DNA of 54,019 bases from an uncultured virus (IMG/VR IMGVR_UViG_3300001605_000011) (lineage: Duplodnaviria > Heunggongvirae > Uroviricota > Caudoviricetes): IMG/VR virus record IMGVR_UViG_3300001605_000011. One strand, written 5' to 3'. The first letter of the stretch is position 1. The number at the start of each line of letters is the position of its first letter. The notes under the pieces were generated by a model. That model was not told the origin of the DNA, did not search any database, and saw nothing but the letters and a program-made list of their open reading frames with translations. Both the position numbers and the translations under genes were made by a program. Below, one piece after another: positions 9,427 to 18,496 of this stretch.

Positions 9427-9771
9427 CTACTGTCGTGCGTGTTCCATCTGGATCGCACGCTCCACTGCGTCTTTTGCCTCCTGCAAGTCCTGCAGCGTAT
9501 CGCCCTTGCCGCGGATACCGCTGCACAGCAGCTTCTTGATCGCGTGCTGGCGTGCTGGGCACGTCACTGCAAAAGCATCGAGTACCGCGTACACATCAGC
9601 ACGCCCGTTGACTAGGCACCGCATCTCTCGTAGATACTTCGACCCGCTCGTGTTAAACGGTGCGGCGACTTCTGTGACAATGTCAATCTTTCCACTAAAG
9701 TGCTCTCCAAATCCTGCGGCCATCTGCCTAGTCCTATTTGTTGGTACTACTACGCTTACTTGTCTGACCAC
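9427..9771 (-). CDS. Conserved phage protein (DUF3310-related)
   Basis: DVYAVLDAFAVTCPARQHAIKKLLCSGIRGKGDTLQDLQEA motif. Confidence 0.6.
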   Translation of the reverse strand: MVRQVSVVVPTNRTRQMAAGFGEHFSGKIDIVTEVAAPFNTSGSKYLREMRCLVNGRADVYAVLDAFAVTCPARQHAIKKLLCSGIRGKGDTLQDLQEAKDAVERAIQMEHARQ

Positions 9772-10109
9772 CCCGGCGGTGTCCAGTCTGTTTCAACCTT
9801 ACCCTGCTCGATATGGCTCAGCCGCGACGGCATCATGCCCCAAGCTGTTGCTGCCTCACGCAGCCCTAAGTTGAGTACGTCAACTCGGTGTCTTCGGAAC
9901 TTTTCACCACGCTCTGCACGGGCGAATTGCTTCTTCGACACATAACCCATGCTATTACAGATGTAACACGGGAACTCTCGCACCACCGGCCCTTCATAAA
10001 CAGGCGAGTACCGCATGAATGCGGCCGTCAGTGTCTTTTCACCGTTGCACATCGGACACGTGACGAGGTTATTGTCGTCCGCAGCTGGCTCTGTTGATTG
10101 CAATGTCAT
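9756..10109 (-). CDS. Zn-finger plus XRE-type HTH protein
   Basis: CPMCNG...CYICNSMG followed by LGLREAATAWGMMPSRLSHIEQG. Confidence 0.7.
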   Translation of the reverse strand: MTLQSTEPAADDNNLVTCPMCNGEKTLTAAFMRYSPVYEGPVVREFPCYICNSMGYVSKKQFARAERGEKFRRHRVDVLNLGLREAATAWGMMPSRLSHIEQGKVETDWTPPGWSDK

Positions 10110-10421
10110 GCTTGTTCTTTTTCNTTTTCCAGCTTCAACCGAACAAACTCGTAAGGGTCGTCTTCGTCCGTCTCGTCATCGTACCAGTTACACCACGAAC
10201 CCTCAGGCGAATCCGTTGTGTCCTGCGTGTCGAACATTTTCCAGCCCGCCTATGTTCGAGTAGTCAGGCTTGATGTTATTGTCGTACTGGAAGGCGTCGT
10301 AGTCGGCTAGGACCGTCATGAGCTTCACGCCTTCATCGACCGAATCAACGTCTACCCGGAAGGCCCTCATTGGAACCTGCGGGATCCACCAGACCCGTAG
10401 CTTTGATTTTGGTTTTGGCAT
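10110..10421 (-). CDS. P22 gp17-like protein (superinfection-exclusion related family), with an apparent indel near 10240
   Basis: KLRVWWIPQVPMRAFRVDV...LADYDAFQYDNNIKPDYSNIGGLE; the family-like tail MFDTQ...WCNWYDDE continues in another frame. Confidence 0.7.
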
Positions 10422-10629
10422 TCGCAACATCCAACATCGCCTGTACCTCGGCGACCGGCAGGTCAACGTTGCCCAGCTCGCCTGTATTGCGATCTCGCAC
10501 CAGACAGGCATTTTTTACGCCCATGTCAACCAGCTCCGTAATGTCTGTCACCTTGATCTCCCTCGGCTTCCAGAATCGCGAAGTAATTGTGACACTAGCA
10601 ACCTTGTTCTTAGATTTTGTTTTTGACAT
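10345..10629 (-). CDS. Hypothetical protein
   Basis: MSKTKSKNKV... start downstream of palindrome copy 3. Confidence 0.5.
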   Translation of the reverse strand: MSKTKSKNKVASVTITSRFWKPREIKVTDITELVDMGVKNACLVRDRNTGELGNVDLPVAEVQAMLDVANAKTKIKATGLVDPAGSNEGLPGRR

Positions 10630-10656
10630 GCGTATTACCTTGCGCGTTTGGGGGAT

Positions 10657-10680
10657 GTGCCGGCGCTCAAGCGCCGGCAC
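10657..10680. repeat. Dispersed palindrome copy 3 (inverted orientation)
   Basis: gtgccggcgctcaagcgccggcac. Confidence 0.9.
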
Positions 10681-10727
10681 GTTCGTCAATCACCTTACCT
10701 TGGCACACCTAGCTGCCAGCGTTAACG

Positions 10728-11279
10728 CTAAGTTGGTAGTACCAAAACACCGAAAGGAGTGGCGACAATCTTGCCGTCAGCCAGATCGACGAACTCCTTT
10801 TCTTCTAGCGATGCTCCCCAGTGACTGCTATTGTGTGTGTCCGGTGTAAATGTTACTGGCGGCATGATGGCACTGGAGTTCTTGTATCTCCAATGCTTTC
10901 CTGCGTGCGGCATGAACTCAACATCCGACACGAACGGGCGGTACTGCGGTGCGGGCGGATCGATCGGGACGATGTAGTCGCGATCCGTGCTGTATTCCTT
11001 GGTATAGGTGTTAAGCGTTTGCGACCACCCATAGCTCATGCCGGCCCAGCATTTTGCGTCGTCGCGGAACGCATCCAACGCCTTATTGACCGGTCGCCAG
11101 CCATCAGGAATCGGTCCCGGAAAGTCGGGTTGGGGTAGCTCGCTGATAGGTATCCAAATGCTATCGTGCCCGACTTCGTCCCAGCTACAAAGATACTCGC
11201 AACCGCCGCTAGTATCCTTGCAAAATATCGCACCATCTTCCTTCGTCGGCTTATCAAACCGAATGTCTCGCCATCTCAT
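10728..11279 (-). CDS. Modular Trp-rich family member A (WRDIRF head / GWR repeat / YRPF tail)
   Basis: MRWRDIRFDKPT...IPDGWRPV...YIVPIDPPAPQYRPF...PFGV. Confidence 0.8.
   Translation of the reverse strand: MRWRDIRFDKPTKEDGAIFCKDTSGGCEYLCSWDEVGHDSIWIPISELPQPDFPGPIPDGWRPVNKALDAFRDDAKCWAGMSYGWSQTLNTYTKEYSTDRDYIVPIDPPAPQYRPFVSDVEFMPHAGKHWRYKNSSAIMPPVTFTPDTHNSSHWGASLEEKEFVDLADGKIVATPFGVLVLPT
10931..10987. repeat. 57-bp exact repeat shared with 11974..12030
   Basis: cgaacgggcggtactgcggtgcgggcggatcgatcgggacgatgtagtcgcgatccg. Confidence 0.9.
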
Positions 11280-11344
11280 GATCTACCCTTTGTTATTGTT
11301 GAAGATCGTGTTCGATCAGTTACGCACAGTCCTACTCTCTCTAG

Positions 11345-11719
11345 CTACCAGCGAGCGTCTGACTCGGGTACAGTTTGTTCTGTTGCCTCTGTGGCAGCTT
11401 TTTGCCACTCACGGAGCTCTTGTAGTGTGCTCTCCGCGGCCGTCAGTTTCTTCTGAATAGTAGCCAATGCAGACTGCTTTGCTTCGTCCAGGCTATCAAA
11501 GTAACGTATTCCGTCCGCCACCCTGGCCACACGTCCGCCACTGATGAAGATTGACTTGTCAGTCACCTTCGTAGCCAGAACACGCTCAATCGCGAAACTG
11601 TATTTGATCCTAACTCGCCAAACAGTGGTCACTGTGTATTCCTCTCGTGTTATTGTGTTTTCAGCCTGATGTGACGCTGGTTTGAATGTTTTACTTTTCA
11701 TCCAGCGATGTAGCGTCAC
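11345..11719 (-). CDS. Hypothetical protein
   Basis: Beta-barrel-like N-terminus and coiled tail; operon context. Confidence 0.55.
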   Translation of the reverse strand: MTLHRWMKSKTFKPASHQAENTITREEYTVTTVWRVRIKYSFAIERVLATKVTDKSIFISGGRVARVADGIRYFDSLDEAKQSALATIQKKLTAAESTLQELREWQKAATEATEQTVPESDARW

Positions 11720-11752
11720 CAGGCACCCGTGCCCAGCCCATAACCCCTCGCA

Positions 11753-12316
11753 CTACGCGATCTTCATGCCTACAGGTTCCGCTAGAGTTCCATCTTCGTT
11801 TAAGAACTTACGCCCGGCAGTAAAGAGCTGGTGGTACGAAGTCTGTACGTGATGCTCCCATATTGCACTATCGTCGTAAGCCGTACAGCGAAATCCTCCC
11901 CTGGCGTCTTGGAATTGCGAATGCGCCCGGCTAATCCACCGATCGCGGTGCGGTGCAAACTCCGCGGCACTGGCGAACGGGCGGTACTGCGGTGCGGGCG
12001 GATCGATCGGGACGATGTAGTCGCGATCCGGATCCCAATCGTCGTCTCTGCACGTCGATCGCCACTTACCGGACAACCAATACTGAGCTCGGGCATCGTG
12101 CGCATCAACCGCCTGATCCACAGGCCTCCACCCATCGGGAATCACCGGCAGATCGGGTTGCGGTAGCTCGCTGATAGGCATCCAGGCCACGCAGGCCTGA
12201 AGGTTGGAAGACTGACCAAAAGCAAAGACGTGCCGTTTAGCTAGCTTCTGAATAATCTTCCCGTCTAATTCGTCTTTCTTCGTCGGCTTCTCGAACCGAA
12301 TGTCTCGCCATCTCAT
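11753..12316 (-). CDS. Modular Trp-rich family member B
   Basis: MRWRDIRFEKPT start at 12316; same modules as 10728..11279. Confidence 0.8.
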   Translation of the reverse strand: MRWRDIRFEKPTKKDELDGKIIQKLAKRHVFAFGQSSNLQACVAWMPISELPQPDLPVIPDGWRPVDQAVDAHDARAQYWLSGKWRSTCRDDDWDPDRDYIVPIDPPAPQYRPFASAAEFAPHRDRWISRAHSQFQDARGGFRCTAYDDSAIWEHHVQTSYHQLFTAGRKFLNEDGTLAEPVGMKIA

Positions 12317-12454
12317 ATTGATATCCTGTGTTGTACAATTGAATCGTGTTACGTTCCCAGTGTGCCATGCTAACAAAGCTGACATGGTGGTCTTTGTTGC
12401 ATTACGCAGACCAGCTGCAGATACCCAGGGCTTTGCTGGGGTAAACCTGGCTGT

Positions 12455-13051
12455 TTACTTGGTTCTCTTCAGCTGTTTGCCCTTCCTTCGCTTCGCAATC
12501 CACGCCCCGCCTGCAGCCAAGCCGATCATCCCCAGCGTCGAAGGTTCGGGTACAGCGTGAACGTCGATAGAGTCGATGATTAGCTGCTTGGCTCCTCCGT
12601 GGCCATCCTCCCTCAGCCAATCCAGTCTAATTTCTCGCATTGACGAGACATCACTCAAGACTGATCTGAAGTCAAATGAGTATGAGACGAATGCCTGTTG
12701 TGCTCCCGGAAGAACGTAGCTGCGGCTGTGCCCGTCAACCGACATTCTTAGGATGCCGGTCTCGGCTACAGACTGCTGACTATTTCGAGCCAGCACTACT
12801 ACGATCGGCGCTGCCACCAGCGGCGTCGGAGCGAAGTGGTAAATTACTGACGCCACTGGCATATTTGTGACGCCTGAGACTGCGTACGCTGATAGGCTTA
12901 CGCCATCATCAAGAAACGTGACTAAGCCCTCGATTGTCCGTTCTCCGAGGCCGTCCGACTGCAACGGGTCGCTAAACCCGTCGATCGCGATAAACCCCGC
13001 CATCGCGGGCGTTGCGATCATCGCAAAAACAAACACCAATAGCCTTCTCAT
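12455..13051 (-). CDS. PEP-CTERM sorting-domain protein
   Basis: N-terminal signal peptide (MRRLLVFVFAMIATPAMA); C-terminal VPEPSTLGMIGLAAGGAWIAKRRK. Confidence 0.9.
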   Translation of the reverse strand: MRRLLVFVFAMIATPAMAGFIAIDGFSDPLQSDGLGERTIEGLVTFLDDGVSLSAYAVSGVTNMPVASVIYHFAPTPLVAAPIVVVLARNSQQSVAETGILRMSVDGHSRSYVLPGAQQAFVSYSFDFRSVLSDVSSMREIRLDWLREDGHGGAKQLIIDSIDVHAVPEPSTLGMIGLAAGGAWIAKRRKGKQLKRTK

Positions 13052-13219
13052 TTTCTAGTCCTTTGGATCGAGTTTCTTGCCCGCCAACAGTCCCTGGCGA
13101 TCTGGTCCCTATGGACCACTTCTTTTGCCACCTGGTACGCCACGACCAGTACCACTGTCGCTAGCGTTGAGATTGCGATTGCCATTTTTCTATCTTCATT
13201 GGTTGTTGTTGTTAAAAGT

Positions 13220-13272
13220 GACGCTTACCGCTGCGTCAGCGTTCCAGCCCCCGATACCGCAAGGAACACAAG
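13220..13272. repeat. 53-bp direct repeat, copy 1
   Basis: Identical to 13677..13729. Confidence 0.9.
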
Positions 13273-13320
13273 CGGCCCGAGTCGAACAGGACGCTACAAC
13301 TCAGCCCACGCTGCCGCTTG
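13269..13320 (-). ncRNA. Mini tRNA-like element (acceptor stem and T-arm, no normal anticodon arm)
   Basis: CAAGCGG...CCGCTTG stem; CCTG-TTCGACT-CGGG T-arm. Confidence 0.4.
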
Positions 13321-13389
13321 ACTTGCCGGTTGCCAGACCCATCCGGTTCGGGTATCCACCCTCGCGCCGCTGGCTTCGGCGGTTGTCAT

Positions 13390-13509
13390 TCAAGCGGATC
13401 GGAATCGAACCGACTCGGACTGCGACGCGCCGCAATCCGTTTTATCCCGCGTGCCGTCCCATGAGCCGGTCGCCGCGTTCGCGTGCTCACCTTCCACGCC
13501 GCCGCCTGA
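13390..13509 (-). ncRNA. Extended tRNA-like element (120 nt)
   Basis: TCAGGCGG/CCGCTTGA acceptor; GCGTG-GAAGGTGAG-CACGC D-like arm; GTCGG-TTCGATT-CCGAT T-arm; long internal hairpin. Confidence 0.5.
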
Positions 13510-13522
13510 TAATTGCCGGTCG

Positions 13523-13645
13523 TCAGATGACGCCAAAGTGCTGCAACAGCTTAATAACGACCCACACTCCGAACCCAAGCAATGACAGTTGCAAAACGAC
13601 TACCGCCGCAAACGCCAGCTTAAACTTGCTATCAAAATCGTCCAC
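13523..13645 (-). CDS. 40 aa single-TM protein (not in the ORF track)
   Basis: GGAG RBS, GTG start, VDDFDSKFKLAFAAVVVLQLSLLGFGVWVVIKLLQHFGVI. Confidence 0.55.
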   Translation of the reverse strand: MDDFDSKFKLAFAAVVVLQLSLLGFGVWVVIKLLQHFGVI

Positions 13646-13676
13646 AATTCATCTCCATTGGTTGTTGTTAGAAAAC

Positions 13677-13729
13677 GACGCTTACCGCTGCGTCAGCGTT
13701 CCAGCCCCCGATACCGCAAGGAACACAAG
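13677..13729. repeat. 53-bp direct repeat, copy 2
   Basis: Identical to 13220..13272. Confidence 0.9.
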
Positions 13730-13799
13730 TCGTGGCTGGCTGCCGGTGATACCCGTTGACATGAGATTCGGGACTCGCTCCGCCGGCTGACGTTTCTGG

Positions 13800-14625
13800 T
13801 CAGTCCAGTTCGCCTGGGTATGGGAAACGGGCGTAACGAAATCGCAGAATCACAGTGTCAGTCAACGTGATAAATGGCATGTCGCACTTGACAACAGCAA
13901 CCAGCGAACGCGATTCCCACTGATCCACGCCACTATGCCGCACCATCACCGTCGGCCTGCCTACTGCATCCTCGTCCGTTGGGATGCGGTCTTTAGCGAC
14001 GGAGTAAACCCGTATTGGTTTCGGTATGACCAATTTGGGCATTAAGCCAAAATCCATCGCACCACACTTGCCTGTCTAGCCTATGTGCGTCCGATAGCGT
14101 TGCCAGCCGATACCCGTCGCCGATCTCGGGCTGCGGTTCGACTGGAACACGGTAAATGCTTGTCGTTGCGTAAGACCCGATACAAGCGGCGACCCACGTG
14201 CGACACGCCGCGCTCCACTGCGATCTGTCGGACCGCATCCTGTCCTCTGCCGTCGCCGGCCGATACCCGTCGCCGATCTCGGGCTGCGGTTCGATCCATG
14301 GCTTGCCGTCGGTGGTGCCGTTGTCGGCGACAGCAAGCAAGTCTGCAAATTGCTCGTCCCATCGATACGCACAGCCGCATCCGATCATGAGTGCTCGGAT
14401 CGAAGTTGCCGCACTTGTAATCCAATGCTTTTCAAAGCTATCTAGCTTCCTCTGTTCCATCATCTCGCTCCTGCCGGCCGCGTGGCCCGTTCGTTGTTGT
14501 GTAGTGAATACATCAATCTTAGGGTTATTGTGTACCGCGGGATGCCGCCCCATCAGTGGGTAGCTGGGGCTGGTCGTCCAAAATGTCTTCGTGTGTCGCG
14601 TTACCTCCGTCGTACCCGCACACAT
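13800..14625 (-). CDS. Repeat protein (EPQPEIGDGYR repeats), probably one gene with an indel near 14020
   Basis: ORFs 13993..14625 and 13800..14057 overlap; the EPQPEIGDGYR repeat is duplicated at DNA level (~14106 and ~14259). Confidence 0.55.
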
Positions 14626-14697
14626 CTCCTCCGGTATTGTCTACCCAGACCTTACCGTCGTAGTGCAGCTGACAGCCGCAATGTTTACATGTGCCTG

Positions 14698-15009
14698 TCA
14701 TTTCGCCGCGATGCTCCGTACGAATCGCAGCCGATGCTGCTGCGGAATATCTGCATGCCCATACCACCTGCCGTCCATCTGGATCTTGACATCCGTCACG
14801 TCGTACGACTCGATCAGCTGCAAATTCTTGAGGCTCAACAACGCATCATGATACGCCTGCCGCTCCCCGTGTTTGTGCCAGCCAGAGCAGCGACCTGGAC
14901 GCCAGTCCGGACTCTTAGCGACCTCATCGGCCTCATCGTTTAACCGTTTCCAAAACCACAGCATGGCCAGCCCATGCTTGATGATCTGAAACTTGTCTCG
15001 CTTATTCAT
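14698..15009 (-). CDS. Hypothetical protein
   Basis: 103 aa ORF in operon context. Confidence 0.55.
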   Translation of the reverse strand: MNKRDKFQIIKHGLAMLWFWKRLNDEADEVAKSPDWRPGRCSGWHKHGERQAYHDALLSLKNLQLIESYDVTDVKIQMDGRWYGHADIPQQHRLRFVRSIAAK

Positions 15010-15113
15010 CTGGGTTCCTCGTGATAATGCCGACGCGAGACACTGTCAGCTGACAGCAGTTTGTTGAAATCGTTCTCTTGCATTTACTCTGTCTCTGTTG
15101 ACATTGTTTTGTG

Positions 15114-15923
15114 TCATATCTCGACGTATTTGGACGCGACACCGAAGAGCGTACCGTCGTCCGCAAATTTGCGTTTGTCGTTGAGCATCTCCCCATACGT
15201 GTAGTACTTGTCGGTGGATGTCCAGACACCCGCTTCGTCATACGCACGTACGTAGAACGCCCCTTTTATGTCGTCCCTGTCCGCGTAACTGCGTAGTACT
15301 GCCCGACGGAAGTGTGGTGCGTACTCTACGTCATCTGCAAAAGGGCGGTACTCCTGCCGTACCTTCTTGACCGATGTGTACGGTACCCACTCGGAACCCG
15401 CACAGTCACTAATGAGAATACCCCGCCTTCTATCCATCTTAACAACTTCAAACACACCACCGACCCGACTGTCTATGCGAGACGACCCGCCGGCGGTCCA
15501 TCCCTCTGGCTCTGTTTTTTCTTGCAGCTTGACAAAATCACCTACGGCGATACCGCAGGCTGCCTGCAGTTCCGCATAGTCGGGTTTTGGTGGGTCACAC
15601 GGGACAATGTAGTAGAGGGACTTGTCCCATTCCTGGTCTGGTTTCAGCGAGGTGGTCAGCCATTCAGCAGTCACCCAGTACCACCACTTAGCGTCCACAC
15701 GAACTGCACCCGTCGTCGTGTCCAACGGTCGCCACCCGGCTGGGATCTCTCCTGGTAAGGTCTGCGAAGTTAGTTCACTGACGGGTATCCAGTTACAAGC
15801 TGCCTGTTCCCACGGGCAAACATACATCGCACCGTCCGCTGCGAGGCAAAGCACGTCACCGTCTTCTGCTGTTGGCTTCTTGAACCGGAAATCGCGTAAC
15901 ACCGGTATAAGCATGCGTTCCAT
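15114..15923 (-). CDS. Modular Trp-rich family member C (adds a KOW/SH3-like module)
   Basis: RDFRFKKPT, IPAGWRPLD, YAELQAACGIAVGDFV, EYRPF, DDGTLFGV. Confidence 0.75.
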   Translation of the reverse strand: MERMLIPVLRDFRFKKPTAEDGDVLCLAADGAMYVCPWEQAACNWIPVSELTSQTLPGEIPAGWRPLDTTTGAVRVDAKWWYWVTAEWLTTSLKPDQEWDKSLYYIVPCDPPKPDYAELQAACGIAVGDFVKLQEKTEPEGWTAGGSSRIDSRVGGVFEVVKMDRRRGILISDCAGSEWVPYTSVKKVRQEYRPFADDVEYAPHFRRAVLRSYADRDDIKGAFYVRAYDEAGVWTSTDKYYTYGEMLNDKRKFADDGTLFGVASKYVEI

Positions 15924-15980
15924 GTTACATCTCTTTGGTTAGTGTCAGTTGGTTGTTTTGCTGTAATGCGTCGCGTGTGG

Positions 15981-16256
15981 TCAGCTATCGAGCCTGAAGT
16001 AACTCACACCTGGCACACACGTGATGCCAGTCATTTTGCTGATCAGCCTGGCCCACTCTCCCACAGTATCTTGCGGGAACCGTTGTGCTTTTTGCCTATC
16101 GCAAGCAGCTACCCATGATACAAACGCAACACCGTGGAGCTGGTGCACGTACATGCTGCCATCTTCGTTCGTGATGAAAGCGTCCATTTGAGCCTTTGTG
16201 TTGTTAACTGAGAGCGCGTAACTAAGGACACACGCGGTATGGCGTGTGTCACGCAC
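15981..16256 (-). CDS. Hypothetical protein (start likely MDAFIT near 16187)
   Basis: Operon context. Confidence 0.5.
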   Translation of the reverse strand: MRDTRHTACVLSYALSVNNTKAQMDAFITNEDGSMYVHQLHGVAFVSWVAACDRQKAQRFPQDTVGEWARLISKMTGITCVPGVSYFRLDS

Positions 16257-16282
16257 CTGCCGGCGCTTGAGCGCCGGCAGGT
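16255..16282. repeat. Dispersed palindrome copy 4
   Basis: acctgccggcgcttgagcgccggcaggt, next to a second hairpin gacacacgc-ggtatg-gcgtgtgtc. Confidence 0.9.
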
Positions 16283-16304
16283 TTGATTGGTTGGCAGCTA
16301 GCTG

Positions 16305-17882
16305 CTACTCACTGATCGGCATACCGAATGGTGTGCCGTCGGCAAATACCTTGATGTTGAATGAACTATCCCAGGACACCGTGATGTGTGAATCTTCCTG
16401 AAACGGGCCGGGCGGTCGTCGTGTTCCTACACTGTCCTCCTTGAATCGCCACCACTTGTTAGCAAATGGCTCGAACTCCTCGCCGTTTGCGAACGGGCGA
16501 TACTGCGTTTTGGCTGCTACGACTGACATACTGGTCTGAGCCCAGATGCCACGCTCACACCGGACGCTGGTCGGAAAAACAACTTTCTGCAGCGAGGTGC
16601 AGGGGTAGCAGTAGGAAATCCCGTCGATCACCACGGTGAATCCGTTTCTAACGCTAGAAAACCGCACAACGCCTGTGCGACCTGCGAAGTTGTCCATAGG
16701 TTCCACCCAGCGGGCTTTCCAGCCAATGTCCCGCGGTGACGTCTTCTGGCTGACCAGCACGGTATCGCCGACTTTGATCCCACAAGCTTCGTGCAGCGAT
16801 GCGTAAGTCGGTTTGGACGAGGCCGGCTCTTGCTTTACGTGCTCGAGTGCCTGGGGCGGGTACCACCAACCCGTAAACGTAGTGCCGTCGAACGTGACAC
16901 GGCAGCCGCACTCGTTTATGGTGGTTATTGTCCCAACTTGGCCAATGCAGCTGTCCATATCCCTGGCCCAGACGTTTTTCCAATCATTCGGTTCAATCTT
17001 CTGCCACACACGAACAGTATCCCCAGCATTGAACTCGGCGAGCAACTCCGCCGTCGTCTTGTCTGCGACGATGTAAGTTTGGCAACCCCAACCACAGCTA
17101 GGCTTGTTGACTGTCTTACACCATTCTTTGTTAACAGTAGACCAGTACTTCGCCTCCGTAGTGAACTTGTCGACTGTCTTGTCTACCAGACGCCAGCCTG
17201 CGGGGATCGTGGCGTAACCTGGACCTGGTTCGTCTACGGGGATGATGTAGGTGAGACCCTTGGCCCACGTACTATTACCTGTCTGTGTCCACGTACGACT
17301 GCCATTAAGCCAGAACATGGCCGACAACGTGTACTTGTCGACTTTCTGATCAACCAGACGCCAGCCCTCTGGGATTGCCCCGTAAACTGGACTTGGTTCA
17401 TCCGGTATGATGTAATCGTTGCCGCCCCACCCATCTCTTTCTGTGTTTTTGGTCTGCCGCCATTCCTTGGTATTGCTACACCACCACTTCGCCTCCGTAG
17501 TGAACTTGTCGACTGCTCTGTCTGCCAGACGCCAGCCTGTGGGGATCGGGGCGTAACGCGATACTTTACGGACGATGTACCGTATGTTCGGCAGCCACTC
17601 AGTACTCAGCGGCGATACGCTTCGCCACAAGTTGTCTGTATTGTCCCAGAACATTGCATCGAACAATGCACGCGCATCTTTATCCCGGTTGAGCGGTCGC
17701 CAGCCCTCTGGGATAACGTCAGTCTGCGAAATCTCCGGCAATTCACTTTCCGGAAACCAGAAGCGAATGGACTCTGTATGCCGCCAACTACGCACCACGT
17801 GTCGCTTGCTGCCAACCACCTTGGCAACGAGGTTGCCATCTTTTTCTGTTGGCTTGTCAAACCTGATATCTCTCCAGAACAT
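16305..17882 (-). CDS. Modular Trp-rich family member D (four GWR repeats and two KOW/SH3-like modules)
   Basis: MFWRDIRFDKPT; IPxGWRL repeats; GDTVRV and GDTVLV modules; QYRPF...ADGTPFG. Confidence 0.85.
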   Translation of the reverse strand: MFWRDIRFDKPTEKDGNLVAKVVGSKRHVVRSWRHTESIRFWFPESELPEISQTDVIPEGWRPLNRDKDARALFDAMFWDNTDNLWRSVSPLSTEWLPNIRYIVRKVSRYAPIPTGWRLADRAVDKFTTEAKWWCSNTKEWRQTKNTERDGWGGNDYIIPDEPSPVYGAIPEGWRLVDQKVDKYTLSAMFWLNGSRTWTQTGNSTWAKGLTYIIPVDEPGPGYATIPAGWRLVDKTVDKFTTEAKYWSTVNKEWCKTVNKPSCGWGCQTYIVADKTTAELLAEFNAGDTVRVWQKIEPNDWKNVWARDMDSCIGQVGTITTINECGCRVTFDGTTFTGWWYPPQALEHVKQEPASSKPTYASLHEACGIKVGDTVLVSQKTSPRDIGWKARWVEPMDNFAGRTGVVRFSSVRNGFTVVIDGISYCYPCTSLQKVVFPTSVRCERGIWAQTSMSVVAAKTQYRPFANGEEFEPFANKWWRFKEDSVGTRRPPGPFQEDSHITVSWDSSFNIKVFADGTPFGMPISE

Positions 17883-17959
17883 CTATCACCTGCCTGTTGG
17901 TTTTGTTTTGTGGGTGAAACAGTGTCATTGCTGCCACACAGGCAGCTAGTTGTTCTTGC

Positions 17960-18496
17960 TCACTTGTCAGCAGTCTCTTTGGCTGCCTTTCTTGCCTCGT
18001 ACACCTTGAACAGGTTACTGAGATAGTAAATTGCTGCATCTGCTTCAGCAGGTGTCAGCTTTCTGTTTCGTGCCGCGGGCACTAGTCCGATTTCAAACAC
18101 GACGTAACCGTGTTTCGGGCCAAACCCGTATGGGTGACCCGTACCCTGGTGGTACCAGCGTCCGTAATTCTTCGTTGCAATATACTCCTGCCGCAGCAGT
18201 GTGCAACCCTCCGCGATGTCCTTGATTGCTTCCTGTACTGCCCGGTAATCATCACCGTGGCCGAAGTCACCTTTGACGTAGAGTACAGTCTCCGCCAGTT
18301 GTAGCTGGGCGGTATCCATGCCAGCCGTAGCCGCAATGCGGATTTCTGTTGCTGCTGTCTTGGCAGCGTTCAGTACCCTCATTTCATTTTCATGCCGCCA
18401 CTTCTCTTCTTCGATCTGCACGTCGAGTTTAATGATCGTGCTCACTGCTTCACTCAGTCGCATTTTCTGTCTCTTCTTTGCCGTGATCTTTGTCAT
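17960..18496 (-). CDS. Hypothetical phage protein
   Basis: TKNYGRW...HPYGFGPKHGYVVFEIGL...AAIYYL. Confidence 0.65.
   Translation of the reverse strand: MTKITAKKRQKMRLSEAVSTIIKLDVQIEEEKWRHENEMRVLNAAKTAATEIRIAATAGMDTAQLQLAETVLYVKGDFGHGDDYRAVQEAIKDIAEGCTLLRQEYIATKNYGRWYHQGTGHPYGFGPKHGYVVFEIGLVPAARNRKLTPAEADAAIYYLSNLFKVYEARKAAKETADK

Noticed and set aside
13390..13509. Canonical tRNA-Met (CTCATGG loop)
   Set aside because: The anticodon stem does not pair properly, the length is 120 nt and there is no CCA. Kept only as tRNA-like
10728..17882. Diversity-generating retroelement TR/VR pair
   Set aside because: No reverse transcriptase in the window, and differences between the repeat copies I compared are not adenine-specific
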